A stretch of DNA of 64,000 nucleotides. Origin: Octopus sinensis (taxonomy: Eukaryota). Each line of letters begins with the position of its first letter. The first letter of the stretch is position 1. The notes beneath the pieces are model-generated. The model was given only the letters and a program-made list of their open reading frames with translations. It did not search any database and was not told where the DNA came from. The stretch covers positions 6,510,001 through 6,574,000 of the forward strand of contig NC_043003.1 of assembly GCF_006345805.1 (NCBI RefSeq). The letters run 5' to 3'. Of the stretch, positions 24,359-36,785 are shown one piece after another. Made by a program: the position numbers and the translations under genes.

Positions 24359-24774
24359 AAGATGTTCGTGTGCGTGAGTGTGTGTGTGTGTCTATGTGTG
24401 AGTGTGTTAGTAAGAAATGCAGAAAGCATAGTTGGTATTTGAAGACATTATATAATACATGCAGCTTTGCCCAAGCGGGATCGGTGCTATTGAGAAAGTC
24501 CTTCAGCCGTGTTGCCTAACCCAGACTTTTTTACTACTATTTCCGACCAAGCGTGGCAATCAACCATTGCACCCATAGCGACAATCGGCCCAGGAAAATG
24601 CGCGTACGTTATAACAAAGCCTTAAAATACCAATTCTACCCGCTTGCCTATCCATGGATGTGACGGTTATTCATAAACCACATGTAATGGAGGGCTTGAG
24701 TCTTGAACCGTTCACTCAGGTCAACATTTTTGGTAAGGTTCTGATTCTTCCAGCACACTTTTGAAATTATACAT

Positions 24775-25257
24775 ACAACCATACATACATACATACATAC
24801 ATACATACCTACATTCATACATACATTCATACATACATACATACATACATTCATACATACATACATACATACATTCATACATAAATTCATACATACATAC
24901 ATACATACATACATTCATACATACATACATACATACATTCATACATACATTCATACATACATACATACATACATACATACATACATACATAGATAGAAAC
25001 AAACGTACGTACATACATACATACAAACATGCATACATACAAACATACATATATACATACATACATACAAACATATACAAACATACATACATGCATGCAT
25101 ACATGCACACATACATACATACATACATACATACATAGATGCGTACATACATACATATATACATACAAACATATATACAAACATACATACATACATACAT
25201 ACATACATACATACATACATACATACATACATACATACATACATGCATACATACATT
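24775..25257. repeat. (CATA)n tetranucleotide array
   Basis: Direct reading. Confidence 0.95.
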
Positions 25258-25608
25258 ACTCACACTCACTTACATGTACATATATTCATGGCTAAGAACA
25301 CTGTCAAAAGGAATCGATAAGATTATACATTTGTGCCAAACAATCGCATAACCTTGCCAGTCGGTTTACTGAAACAAGGGTATGATTTATAAACTCGGAT
25401 AAAAAAACAAAAACAACTTGAAATGCATTTGCTTTCTGCCCATCTCAATTTATTTTGTGCCACGGGTTTTTATAGTCGATTGCTCTGAAAAGATGGTTCT
25501 GTGGGGTGCAGCACATTATCCACTCAAAACGAATCACGCACAGGAAATTCTTGGACTTTAGGAACGCTTGTACGAATTTTTCAGGAAGTGGTCTTATATA
25601 TATTTATA

Positions 25609-25666
<58 letters not shown>

Positions 25667-25747
25667 TATTATATATATATTATATATAATATATATAATA
25701 TATATAGATAGATAGATAGATAGATAGATATAGATAGATAGATAGAT

Positions 25748-25793
<46 letters not shown>

Positions 25794-25794
25794 C

Positions 25795-26195
25795 TTCACT
25801 CTTTACTTGTTTCAGTCTTTGATTGTGGCCATGCTGGAGCACCGCCTTTTTATCAAACAAATCGACCCCAGAACTTGTTCTTTGTAAGCCTAGTACTTAT
25901 TCTATCTATCGGTCTCTTTTGCCGAACCGCTAAGTTACGGCGACGTAACACCACCAGCATCGGTTGTCAAGCAATGCTAGGGGGACAAACACCGACACAC
26001 CCAACCCACACATACATATATATATATATATACATATATACGACAGGCTTCTTTCAGTTTCCGTCTACCAAATCCACTCACAATGCATTGGTCGGCCCGG
26101 GGCTATAGCGGAAGACACTTGCCCAAGGTGCCACGCAGTGGGACTGAACCCGGAACCATGTGGCTGGTTACCAAGCAACTTACCACACAGCCACT
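25795..26195 (-). mobile_element. SINE family A, full length
   Basis: Head, CORE-like block, internal (TA/CA), body and tail all present. Confidence 0.92.
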
Positions 26196-26451
26196 TTTGC
26201 TTATAGGATTTTCTTTGAGATCATGTGCTGATTTCAAAAACGGTAAAAATGAAAATTATAAATAACATGGGTGGCTAATTTGCAGTTTTACAACCTAAAG
26301 GCAGAAACGTATACGTCACTAAAGTGAACAAGGGCACTGATCAGCACCAGGATGGCTAGAAATAAGAGCCAAAACAACTCAGTAGCCAACAAAATCTCTA
26401 TCTTAATTATCTGAGAAGTTCCCTATGGTCTTATATATATATATAAATATA

Positions 26452-26855
26452 GGCGCAGGAGTGGCCGTGTGGTAAGTAGCTTGCTAACCAGCCACATGGT
26501 TCCGGGTTCAGTCCCACTGCGTGGCATCTTGGGCAAGTGTCTTCTGCTATAGCCCCGGGAGGACCAATGCCTTGTGAGTGGATTTGGTAGACGGAAACTG
26601 AAAGAAGCCTGTCGTATATATGTATATATATATGTGTGTGTGTGTGTGTTTGTGTGTCTGTGTTTGTCCCCCTAGCATTGCTTCACAACCGATGCTGGTG
26701 TGTTTACGTCCCCGTCACTTAGCGGTTCGGCAAAAAGAGACCGTTAGTACTGGGCTTACAAAGAATAAGTCCCGGGGTCGATTTGCTCGATTAAAGGCGG
26801 TGCTCCAGCATGGCCGCAGTCAAATGACTGAAACAAGTAAAAGAGGTAAGAGTAA
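26452..26855 (+). mobile_element. SINE family A, full length (tRNA-derived, CORE-like; resembles octopus OR2-type SINE by recall)
   Basis: ggcgcaggagtggccgtgtggtaag (A box), ggttcagtccc (B box), cttgggcaagtgtctt (CORE-like), CR1/L2-like tail. Confidence 0.92.
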
Positions 26856-26880
26856 GTATATATATATAATATATATATAT

Positions 26881-27011
26881 TATATAGGAGGAGCTTCTAC
26901 AGGACTAGAACTGTTTCATTCAAGAGAAATCATCAGTGGCTGTGTGGTAAGAAGCTTCTGATGATTTCTCTTGAATGAAACAGTCTAGTCTGTAGAAGCT
27001 CCTTCTATATA
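26881..27011. mobile_element. Inverted duplication (arms about 55 bp) of a hammerhead-bearing Penelope-like terminus; loop is a SINE A head fragment
   Basis: 26881-26936 versus 26958-27011 near-perfect reverse complements; loop tggctgtgtggtaagaagctt. Confidence 0.75.
26953..27000 (+). ncRNA. Putative type I hammerhead ribozyme; a mirror copy lies on the - strand at 26895-26936
   Basis: AGCTT-CTGATGA-tttctcttgaat-GAAA-CAG/tctagt/CTG-TA-GAAGCT; predicted GUA cleavage after 26994. Confidence 0.6.
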
Positions 27012-27104
27012 ATAATTAATTTTACTCTGCTATGTATTGAGTACCTTATTTACTGTGGTTAACCCCGAATCAACCCGGGACCTACATATATATATATATA
27101 GATA

Positions 27105-27143
<39 letters not shown>

Positions 27144-27529
27144 GGAAAATGGGGAGTTTGAACACAGGAAAAAAATCAGTTTATTTATATATAAGTCCAT
27201 TTCATATCGCCTACGTATGTTTCAATTTCTTACCTTCATTCAGATTTTGCAATTAAGATTGCATTATGCATTTAAAAGGTAAAATCTCTTCAGGGTAAAA
27301 ATTGACAAATATTCGTTCACACACTAATGGATGGGTAGAAGCTTACAGACTGGGATAGCAGCACGCTTTTGTGTGCTTGTGTGTGTCAGCATGTGTTTCT
27401 TTTGGATCCCTTTCTGTAAAATAGTTTGACCACAGTGGACAATGGCTAGTTGCACACACACACATGCATACATTTTGGGGTACCATTGAAACTCGAAGCA
27501 TGTAATTTGAGATAAAAAAAAACCCTTTC

Positions 27530-27594
27530 GATAGAAAATGTTGAAGAATTCGTGAAGGACTTGAACCCATGTACTTATCGCTGTGGCGTGCGCA

Positions 27595-27595
<1 letters not shown>
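27530..27595 (-). mobile_element. tRNA-derived SINE head fragment
   Basis: Reverse strand ...gataagtacatGGGTTCAAGTCCttc, a B-box match only. Confidence 0.35.
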
Positions 27596-27690
<95 letters not shown>

Positions 27691-27800
27691 CATTATTGTT
27701 GTTGTTGTTGTTGTAGTTGTTGTTGTTGCTGTTGTTATGTTGTTGTTGTTGTTATTATTATTATTATTATTTTTATTTATTTATTTATTTATTTATTTAT
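27595..27800. repeat. (TTA)n/(GTT)n compound microsatellite at the 3' end of the R4-like LINE
   Basis: Direct reading. Confidence 0.9.
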
Positions 27801-30032
27801 TGTCTTTGCACAGCTACTATCGCACTACGGTGCCAGCTGTCCACTATTAGTGAACTAAGGTAACACCCCTTATTTTTCGAGCACCATTCGGAGTATTCGA
27901 GAAGTTTCAAGCAGTGCTGTTTTCTTTAATTTCTCCACCTTTATTGCAGCCCTTATTTGTTCCAGGTACTTCCCAAGATTTTTACTCGCCGTTCCCAGAG
28001 TCCCAACAATTATTGGTATTACTACCACCTTTTTCATCGATCATAACTGCTTGACGTCTCAAGCTAACCTATTATATCTATCGACTTTTCTTCCTTCCTT
28101 ATCGCATACCTTGCTGTCAGCTGGGGTATGCTATATCTATGATCCACCATCGTTTGCTTTCTTTCTCAATCAACACTATGTCTAGTTTCCTATTCTCCAT
28201 ATCATGGTCGTACTTAATCGTAAACCCATAGGATCCTTGCATTATCATTTTCGATGATGCCTTCGGGTTTATGTTCGTACCACTTTTTTGCTCTGTCAAG
28301 TCCACACTTGTTGCAAACTGTCCAATGGACAATCCTTTCTATGTTGTCATGACGTCTCTTATATTCTTTCTGGGCTAGTGCAGTACACTGACTGGTAATA
28401 TGCCATATGGTTTCACCATTTTGTCCACAAATTCTACACTTATCACTTTCTAAAGTGTTGTCTATTCTGTATTTGATGTAATTGGTTCTTAATGCTTGCT
28501 CTTGGGCAGCTCATATTAGAGCCTCCATTTCCGGTTTTAAATCACTTTTAGTGATCCACAGCCATCTTTTTTCTCTGTCTGTCTTATCTTCAACATCCCT
28601 ATGAAATTGTTCATGCATTCTTTTCTTTATCCATCTAGTTTCAGTTTCATTCATTCTCAAGTGCTTGTATAGTGCTTTATCTTTGTAATCTTCCGTCCAA
28701 CACAAGCCTGACCTTCCTACATCCAATAATGGTGGTTCTGTGGCATTTTTTACGCATCATGTTATGTTGTTTTCTGCTGCTTTAATTCTGTGTTGGCAGC
28801 CAATCAGTCCTCTTCCCCCTCTTTTTTTGGTACATACAGCCTGTCTGTATCATTCTTTTGGTGGAGTATCCCATATTTAGTCAGCAACTTCCTTGTATTT
28901 CTGTCTAAGCTATTTAGTTTGTCTACTGTACATAGGATCCTATCCATAGGATACATTCTATAATCTAAGAATGTGGGATCATATCGTACGCCTTACAATA
29001 ATCAATCCCTGGCATGGCTAACTTAGTTTTTCTCCTCTTGCAGTCTCTAAATACAATTTTGTCTGCCAGGAGTTGATCCATGGCACCTCTGCACTTTCGC
29101 TCGCAAGCCTCCTGCTCATGTGGCAGGAGTTCATTTTCTAGTTATCTGTACATTGACCCTGCGACTATTCCAGTCAATAATTTCCTGATAAGCGGCAAGC
29201 AAGATAGGCCTGTAATTGTATACCGTATTGTCTTTTTCGATGGTATTACTTGATCAGCATTTAACAGGGTGTTGAGTTGTGCAGCTATTCGTGCATGACA
29301 TTCACCAAATCTTTGGATCCAGTAGCCTTGAACTCCATTTGGTCCTGGGGCCTTCTAGCTGCCCCATTTTTGCTGATTTCCTTCACCTCCGTAACTGAAA
29401 TGACTAGTTCTGCCTGTTCTGGACAGACTACTGTTTGTTTCAGTTCTTGCAACCACTCAGTATCCTTCTTGTGCTCCTTGTCTTTGCTCCAAATGTCCCT
29501 CCAAAACCTTTGACTTTCATTTTTATCTGGTATCAACTTTTCATCAAATGCACTCTCCATTTACTTCTCTATAGAAACTCTTCTGATTTACTCTGAATAA
29601 ACTATTCTGGTGGTAACCCTTCATTCTTTGGTCGTATCTTACCATTTTTGATTTCTTGGCAACGAGGAGCTGTTTCAGTTCCTCCATTACCACTTTCAGG
29701 CCCTTTCTTTCAATATTATACTTCCCGTTCAGCGCCCTGGGTTTTTGTTCGCTTTTAAGCTCCCCTTTCTCTTTCCGGTCTAACACAGAGATTTCCTTCG
29801 AGAGCATGTCTCACCCTGCCTGGATTCTTCTTTTCCACCATGGATCTTTTCTTTTGCTACTCCCTTTATGTTTCTTTTTCTTGACATCAACACCCACATT
29901 TTCTGCAACAACAACACTTGCTGCCTTGATCAAATTGTTTGTTCCTGTAATGTTTTTGTTCTGATGTATTTCAGAATTTAATTCACATTTTTTCGTTTTT
30001 TCGTTCAATTTCCACCGATCAACCTTTTTAAT
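27800..30032 (-). mobile_element. R4/Dong-like RLE non-LTR retrotransposon, degraded and internally deleted
   Basis: Zn knuckle CRICGQNGETIWHITSQC; RLE RKLDIVLIEK...IIDIAYPS; C-terminal KTALLETSRIL; N-terminal DPWWKRRI; 3' end abuts (TAA)n. Confidence 0.85.
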
Positions 30033-30222
30033 GGTACGAACATGAAGCAGAAGGGGTCACCGAGAACTAGGAACATAAGATACTGTGGGATTTTACAATT
30101 CAGTGTGGCTCCCTAATCAAGGCTCGGAGACCAGATATTGTTATGGTAGATAAGGAGAAAAACAGAAACCAAGATCATAGATATTGCAATACCTGGAGAT
30201 GCACGCATAAGTGACAAAGAAT
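30033..30222 (+). mobile_element. R4-like RLE fragment, opposite orientation
   Basis: WYEHEAEGVTEN...ILWDFTIQC...RRPDIVMVDKEK...IIDIAIPGDARISDKE. Confidence 0.8.
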
Positions 30223-30224
30223 AT

Positions 30225-30525
30225 CATTGTTGTTGCTTTTGTACAGCTTCTAACGCTGGAGATGTCCTACAATGTCAGCTGTTCACTACCAGTGAACTAA
30301 GGTAACACCTCTTATTTTTCGAGCACTTTCCGGAGTATTCAAGCGGTTCCAAGCAGTGCTGTTTTCTGCAAGTGCTCCACCCTTATTGCAGTCCCTATTT
30401 GTTCCACGTACTTCTCGAGATTTTTTGCTCACAGTTCCCAGGGCTCCGACAATATTTGGTACTACTGCTACCTTTTTCCATCGATCACAACTGCTTAACT
30501 TCCCAAGCTAACCTGTCATATCGCT
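30225..30525 (-). mobile_element. Second 3' end of the 27800 R4-like family
   Basis: Highly similar to 27820-28100 (gtgaactaaggtaacacc...caagcagtgctgttttc). Confidence 0.85.
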
Positions 30526-30599
30526 CGACTTTATTATTATTGTTGTTGCTGTTGTTGTTTTACTTCTCAGAACGTTCGGTCTTGTTTGTTCTAGTTGAT

Positions 30600-30864
30600 T
30601 CTGTGAGAGCAGACAGCAGCCTATAGTCAGATGTCTCACAGGATATCTTTCCGCACATTATAAGCTTTGATACTTGGTTGTTAATTATCGTGGAAGACAT
30701 TCAACATCTAAGTACCAATCTCAAAATCCTAGCTGTCCCCAGCAGAGTAGTTTTGGGGGTTTGCTTTGCTCTCACATCAATTCCGATTTCTCTGACATAT
30801 GTCTCGAACTTCGTTGTTAGTGCTCCGAGTGCCCCTACAACTACTGGAATGACAGACACTCTCC
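30600..30864 (-). mobile_element. 3' end of another R4-like subfamily
   Basis: VVGALGALTTKFETYVREIGI...TTLLGTARILRLVL. Confidence 0.75.
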
Positions 30865-31299
30865 CATGCACTCTACTCGCCGGACATTACCCCCATCTGA
30901 TTATCCACAGTCTTCAAAATTATTTGGATGGAAAAAATATGAATTCTATAGACGAGGTCAGAGCAGTAGTGGAGGATAATTTTTTCGTCATGGACATGTG
31001 AATTTTGGAAGAGGGGCCTTGGAATTTTGGAAGGGCCTTGGAATTTTAGAAGAGGGGCCTTGGAATTTTGGAAGAAGGGCCTTGGAATTTTAGAAGAGGG
31101 GCCTTGGAATTTTGGAAGAAGGGCCTTGGAATTTTAAAAGAGGGGCCTTGGAATTTTGGAAGAGGGGCCAGATAGACGGAAGTGCATTGTAGAAAATGAA
31201 AGAGAGTATATTTTAGATTAAAAAAGAATTTTATCTTACTTTTGAAAAATAAAAGAAGTATATATAAAAAAACCGCATTATTTATGGGATGACCCAATA
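30865..31299 (+). mobile_element. mariner (DD34D-type) 3' fragment with right TIR
   Basis: HALYSPDITPSDY...LQNYLDGKNMNSIDEV; TIR ccgcattatttatgggatgacccaa|ta. Confidence 0.85.
31001..31170. repeat. Minisatellite of about 22 bp, 8 units, inside the mariner ORF
   Basis: aattttggaagaggggccttgg repeated with alternating variants. Confidence 0.95.
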
Positions 31300-31559
31300 C
31301 ACACATACCTGAGTGCATGCGTGTTAATGCCACTGTGCATAGGCCCGTCAGCGACATCAAATCCATTCAACTAAAGAAATCTGATTAATACCCATAGAGC
31401 TGACTGTCATATCTTTTATATCTGTTAATTAATATAGTCAATTAAAGTATAATTAGTCAATTATTTATCATATTTATTTATTGCCCCTCCTTTTTTGACT
31501 GTGTGAAATCAAAAACAGTAAACAACACCAGGTGCTTGTTATTGGCATTAATTGCATCT

Positions 31560-31577
31560 GTGGTGGTGGTGGTGGTG

Positions 31578-31609
<32 letters not shown>

Positions 31610-31701
31610 TGTTGTTGTTGCTACTACTGCGTAATATTTACTGTCACTTATATCTACTGCTGCTTAACACCACCACCACCACCACTACTACTACTACCAC
31701 C

Positions 31702-31745
<44 letters not shown>

Positions 31746-31754
31746 CACTATTTC

Positions 31755-31794
<40 letters not shown>

Positions 31795-31925
31795 GCTGCT
31801 GCCGCTGCCGTTGTTGCTGCTGCTGTTGTTGAAGTTTGCCTTATGTATCATATTAAATATTGCTGTTCTTAACTGGTGCTCTAGCTGTTGTTGTTGTTGT
31901 TGTTGCTGTTGCTGTTGTTGTCAGT
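31560..31925. repeat. Compound trinucleotide tract (GGT/AGT/GTT/ACT/ACC/GCT)
   Basis: Direct reading. Confidence 0.9.
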
Positions 31926-32492
31926 AAATCTCCTTAAACTCAGGAAATGAGGCAACTTCAATCAATTACATGACTCCATAAAAAAAAGAAAACTACTTTC
32001 TTGGTCGTGGGAAATGTTTAGCGCAGCTGACCACTGGACACTCGTGCACACACACATACTGTTTACAAGTATCTACAAGTTTTCCCCCCTCTCCATCCTT
32101 TTTTCTCTCTGCCTCTCTCCATCTCTGTCTATCTGTGTATTCATACAGACTCACATTAGTATGTATATATATATATGTTTATATATAAGGGGGCCCCGCC
32201 ATGTCGAAAACGGTAAAGGAGTAGGGGCCGAAACCGGACGTGGTTCCTCCTGATGATGTCTTTAGCCTCTGGATCCTATAAAGGAGCTGTCGAGGTAGCG
32301 AACCACGAATTCCTCCTATATCAATATATACTTTAAATACTTTGATAGGTTTTGGCCAGTATTGGCCCAGGTCATGTCTAACTTAATAGCACCACATACA
32401 CACACACACGCACTTAATCAGTATAAAAACTGAAGTGAGGTGAAGAAGTAAAACGATTTGGTCCCGCCATTTATTATTTTTCATTGTATATA

Positions 32493-33739
32493 CAAGGGTT
32501 GGACAAAATAATAGAAACACCTTAAAATTTCAAACAAATTTATTTTAATATGGGGGTAGGATCGCGTTTGGCAGTAGTTACACCATGAGCTCTACGAGGT
32601 ATGGACTCGTACAAAGTTTTAATTGTTTCCAAAGGAATTTTTGTCCATTCTTCAGCTAAAACAGTCTCCAGTTCTTATAGTGATGATGGTGGAGGATATC
32701 GACTCCTTAATCGTTTTTCTAAAATGCACCATAAATGTTCAATAATATTGAGATCTTGGGACTGTGGTAGCCAGATAAGATGTTCAACTCCACTAGGATG
32801 ACCCTCGTGCCATTCAGTAACAACTTTAGCTGCGTGAATTGGTACATTATCATCCTGAAAGATTGCGTTTCCCTCCGGAAACAGTTCTGCAACCATAGGA
32901 TGAATTTGATCAGATAAAATGCTTAAATAGTCTTGACTGTTAATTCTGCCATGAATAGAAACCATTGGACTGGCGGATTTCCAAGATACAGCCCCCAGTT
33001 CATCACAGATACTCTGCCATGTTTAACAATTGGAAAAAAGGCAGTCAGGGTCAAATGCTTCTTTTGGCTGTCTCCACAGGTATACTCGGCCGGTGGTCGG
33101 AAATAAGGTAAAGGTTGACCCGTTCGAGAAAATAACATTCTTCCACCGCTCTAGGGACCAATTCTGTAGGTTTTTACTCCACTATAAACGCTTTGCAACG
33201 TTTGTTTTGAAAGTAGTGGTTTTCTGATTGCAGCCCTCCCGTGAAATCCGGCTTTGTGCAGTTTTTGTGGAAACTGGGTTCTCGAAGTGGTCATTAAGCT
33301 CTGCAATAATTTTGGGAGCTGTACTTTTGTGATCCTTTCTAACAATTCGCGTAAGAGTTCGACGGTCCCTATTTGAAAGTTTTGATTTTCTTCCAGAGTT
33401 TTGTTTCGACGAGGAGATTTTTCCCTCTTTCTCAAAGGCTGTCATCACTTTCGAGACAGTACTTCTTGATACACCAAACATTTCGTCTGTCTTCGTTACG
33501 CTAGCGCCTGCCGTACGAGCACCAACAATTTGACCTCTTTGAAAGTCCGATAGATCAGTCATTTCAATGAATTTTAATTACCTTTTTCTCGTGATATCTG
33601 AAAAAGAAACAGCAATTTTAGCAAGACATATTAAGGAACACCAAGAAATCAAAAAACAAAAATAAACAAGCTTTTAACGGTTTTATAGGTATTTCAAAAT
33701 TATGATGCTAAGTGTTTCCATTATTTTGTCCAGCCCCTG
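32493..33739 (-). mobile_element. Full-length Tc1-like transposon (about 1.25 kb), both TIRs, frameshifted transposase, DD36E spacing
   Basis: TIRs c(a)agggttggacaaaataatagaaacac and caggggctggacaaaataatggaaacac; MTDLSDFQRGQIVGAR..GRKSKL; FQDDN...PQSQDLNIIE. Confidence 0.95.
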
Positions 33740-33789
33740 CATATTCTATGGATATTGTACATCATTGAAGATCTTACAATGTATATCCG

Positions 33790-36545
33790 AGAACATCTCT
33801 TGTAATGTACATCCGCGAAGATCTCACGCTCCAGATCCTTTGGCCACGCGCAAACTAAGTCTGTGACACACTAATTATATATATAAGACAACTCGATATA
33901 GTCATATATACTACATATCGCCCACCAGATGTTCCAAATCACGGCAGCCTTGCAAGAATAGAAGAGGTTTTAATCAAAATAGAAGAGCATATCAGAGTAC
34001 TTCTCATGAGAGATTTCAACCTGCCCAATGGGAAATGGTCCGAAGGCCTTTTTCTCTCATGAATGACGCGATTCGCCGGGCGAAATGCTTAGCGGTATTT
34101 CGTCTGTCGTTACGTTCTGAGCTCAAATTCCGCCGAGATCGACTTTGCCTTTCATCCTTTTGGGATCGATAAATTAAGTACCAGTGGAGTACTGGGGTCG
34201 ATCTAACCGACTGGCCCCCTCCCCCAACAAATTTCGGACCTTGTGCCTAGAGAAGAAAAGAATATACTCGATCTCTGCTTCAAAAACATAATGTGAAAGT
34301 GACAGCGACGCTAATCTCGGATCACAACATAACAGAGCTGACCATGGACCAAAGGAACCCATAGACATGCAGCCTATTAGAAGCACCCAAAACCTGTCCA
34401 ATCGGAGCTATCACAGAGCAGACTGGAAATCAATTGAGAAAGAGAAAAACCAAACAGGACTGGTCCTAATGTTATTCTACACCTGACATAGACACGAAAT
34501 TGAAAACCTTCATGTCCATAATGCAAACCACATGCTGCAGTTTTCTCCGAGACAGAAGAGCCAATGCATATAAAAGCAAGATTCCCAAGAAGAGGAAAGT
34601 TCTTATGGGACGGCGTACAAAGATTACGAACCGCCTCAACAAAGGATTCAACGGTGGTGAGAAACAGCGCCTGGAAGCAGCACTGCTGGAGATTAAAAAA
34701 CAACCGAGGCACTTCCACGAGAAGGAAAGATCAGACAGAGAAGCCTGGGTCATAAGAAATATAAAATCAGGCCCTAAAGCCTTCTTTAAGTACGCCAAGG
34801 AGACTGCCTCTGTGCATTGCAGGGTAGGGCCAATCGTCCAAAATGATGGTAGAGCCAATCGTCCAAAATTCCAGGAAAACCAATGAGGATGAGTGAAACA
34901 CAGAAGGAACAGTTCAAGAGTCTATTCACCCCTCCCCTACGGCACATGAAAGTTAGCAAACCTGTGGAATTCTTTACGGCCCCAGAAGCTGGACATCGAG
35001 AAAAGGTTGTGATGCTAGCAATAGACGATATAGACGCAAACCCAACTGTTGGCCCTGATGGATTCCCAGCAATCATCCTCGAGTCATGCAAATGAGTCCT
35101 TGCAGAACAATTGCAGCTTCTTTTTCAGATCTTCCTCACAAATGGTAAGCAAAGTCATGGAACAAATAGTTCGAAGGAAATTAATTGCATTCCTTGAAGG
35201 AAATGACTTGCTGACTGACACCCAGCATGGTTTTCAACCAAGTAGAAGTTGTCTGAGACGGCTCTTGCAGCATTACGACTGAGTGCTAAAGCAGATGCTC
35301 AACAGTTCAAACGTGGACATGATATACCTCAATTTTGCAAAAGCCTTTGACAAAGTTGACTATGGTCACCAGCCCCAAAATCTTAGGATATCTGGAAAAC
35401 TTGGAGAATGGTTACATGGCTTTCTAAAAGTTAGAAGTCAGGTAGTGGTGGTCAATGGGGCCATCTCAGAGGAAACACAAATAACGAGTGGTGTTCTACA
35501 GAGCACTGTCCTGGAGTCGCTGCTATTCATAGTGACCCTCTCTGACATGCCCTCAGCTGCTCAAGTAGCCACCCTTGCCAGCAACGCTGACGATACAAAA
35601 TCCTCTCAGGAGATACAGGACCCTAGAGACTTTGTGCATCTACAACGTGAGTTGGATGCAATATACGGGTGGGGTGAGAAAAATAACATGCAGTTTAATA
35701 CTGGAAAATTTCAAGCCCTGCGCTACCAACACAGGAAGCTGAATAAAAAGCAGATAGGATAGACTGACCCATGAGGAATTCTAATTCCTGAATCAAAATC
35801 AGTGCATGACCCACGTACTGACATGAGCAATGATGTATATTTCCAGGTACACATTACCAAGTTGGCAATAAAATGCAGACGCTTGGCCGGATGGATCCTT
35901 CGAACTTTCGAAACAAGAGAAAAGGAAACCATGATGGTCCTCTGGAGGACTTTCGTTCTCGGCCATCTGGATTACTGCTTGCAACTGTGGTCAGCAAACA
36001 ATTAACGATGGAACTCGAGGCGATCCAGCGAAGCTACACGAAGCAGATAGACACAATGCGACATATCCGCTACTTGTAGAAACTGAAGTAGTTAAAACTC
36101 TAGTCCTTGGAGTGAAAGCGGGGAAGACATGCAGTAATATACATCTGGAAAACCCTAGAAAATCCTGTACCAAACTTTGGCATAAATAGTAGGACGGGGT
36201 GCCGCTATATAGTACCAAAAATCCCAAAATTGCCATCAGAATACAGAACCATATACTGCAACAGCTTGGGCTTCAAAGGTCCACAGCTCTTCAATATCCT
36301 CCTACAAAGCCTGAGAGACCAGCATGGCGTGCATGTAGGCTTTTTTCAAAACAAAGTTGGATCTCCTTCTGTCGAGAGTTCCGGATAAACCTACCGCAAG
36401 GCAAGAAACACAGATGAGGGCAGCAACATCAAGCTCCCTCATCCACCAAATGTCACTCATCAGAAGAGGTTTAGTGAAAGTGTATCAAAGTATACGGCGC
36501 TGCCCCTGCATGGCCACAGTTCTTTGACTGAAATTTAAAAAAGAA
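33790..36545 (+). mobile_element. Degraded CR1/L2-type LINE (third family), EN to 3' end, interrupted by a SINE
   Basis: YRPPD, DFNLP, QHGFQ, YLNFAKAFDKVD, NADDTK, LGHLDYCLQLWS; 3' tail cggcgctgcccctgcatggccacag..gactgaaa. Confidence 0.88.
34074..34264 (+). mobile_element. SINE family B, 5'-clipped, alternative tail (type 2)
   Basis: Body as at 24036 but ends ctggcccctcccccaacaaatttcggaccttgtgcctagagaagaaaagaat. Confidence 0.9.
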
Positions 36546-36624
36546 AAAAAAAATCTTTGTGGATTTTCTGACCTCACATTCTCCAACGAAGATGCTGAGT
36601 AAAAGATCAACAGCAACATTAACA

Positions 36625-36785
36625 ACAACAGCAACTATAATAATCCGTTCTTCTAAATGCACAAGGCCTGCAATTTGCGGAAACGATTCTAATCGATTAC
36701 ATCGTTTCTGGTGTTTGATTTGTACTTATTTAATCGATGCCGAAAGGAAGAAAGGCAAAGTCAACCTCGGTGATATTTGAACTCT
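36625..36785 (-). mobile_element. SINE family B, degraded, type-2 tail
   Basis: Reverse complement of gactttgcctttc...gcaggccttgtgcatttagaagaacggattatt. Confidence 0.75.

Noticed and set aside
31001-31170. CRISPR-like array
   Set aside because: Contiguous tandem units without unique spacers, eukaryotic context, no cas genes.
32200-32310. Hammerhead-like pieces (GAAACCGG, CTGATGA)
   Set aside because: Motifs are in the wrong order or lack the UH site and helices; too degenerate.
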